From assembly GCA_964247055.1 (NCBI GenBank), contig OZ176056.1:9486001-9519000 (forward strand): DNA of 33,000 nt, in the 5' to 3' direction. A program made the translations under genes and the position numbers. The notes beneath the pieces are model-generated. The model was not told where the DNA came from. It saw nothing but the letters and a program-made list of their open reading frames with translations, and searched no databases. Of this stretch, positions 32,747 to 33,000 are shown piece after piece; the stretch's first letter is position 1, and each line of letters starts with the position of its first letter. The stretch is from Paragordius varius. Lineage: Eukaryota; Animalia; Nematomorpha.

Positions 32747-32909
32747 AAAAAAAATTTTTGTTAAAAAAATTAACTTTTTGTACACACAGTGTTGAATATA
32801 TATCTAGAGAGTCACTATAATTACAATAAAACTCTTAGAAAGCACGATCCACGCGTATTTTAATATAAGTTATAATATCAATAAATATAATTAATCAGTA
32901 TTAACGAAA

Positions 32910-33000
32910 AACAGGCGGCCTAAAACGAAATGGAAAGATACAGTAAAAAGAGAGCTAGCAGAATACGAGCTTAATGCAGAAGACGCCATAGATAGAGTTT
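32910..33000 (+). mobile_element. RTE-type LINE C-terminal fragment, running off the window end
   Basis: KNRRPKTKWKDTVKRELAEYELNAEDAIDRV matches the RTE ORF2 C-terminal pattern GRP+xxWxDxV+xDL...DR. Confidence 0.65.

Overview
This is very AT-rich eukaryotic DNA (about 25% GC by eye), almost certainly from an invertebrate animal; the species cannot be identified from the sequence. It is not prokaryotic, and I found no CRISPR array, rRNA or tRNA. Most real genes are missed by the ORF track because they are spliced. (1) A trypsin-family serine protease (683->2456, +) whose signal-peptide exon is interrupted by a 149-bp retroposon insertion with an 8-bp target-site duplication (TSD); its 3' half was not found. 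(2) An apparently intact 9-exon secreted CAP/SCP (CRISP-like) gene (9955-13524, +) with a hinge, an ShK-like six-Cys module, an S/T/N/P-rich linker and an unrecognised twice-repeated C-terminal motif. (3) A divergent class A 7TM receptor (22790-24043, +) split by one in-frame TAG. (4) Two small signal-peptide ORFs or exons. The rest is dense with transposon relics: a DD34E-type Tc1/IS630 transposase pseudogene, a hAT transposase relic, an RTE-X fragment with a PHD-like finger, a 2.3-kb RTE/BovB-like LINE, three MITE families, two longer unclassified repeat families and a ~1.1-kb foldback palindrome. Introns are either minute (26-30 nt) or inflated, typically by MITE insertions. All gene models were assembled by eye; repeat boundaries are approximate.
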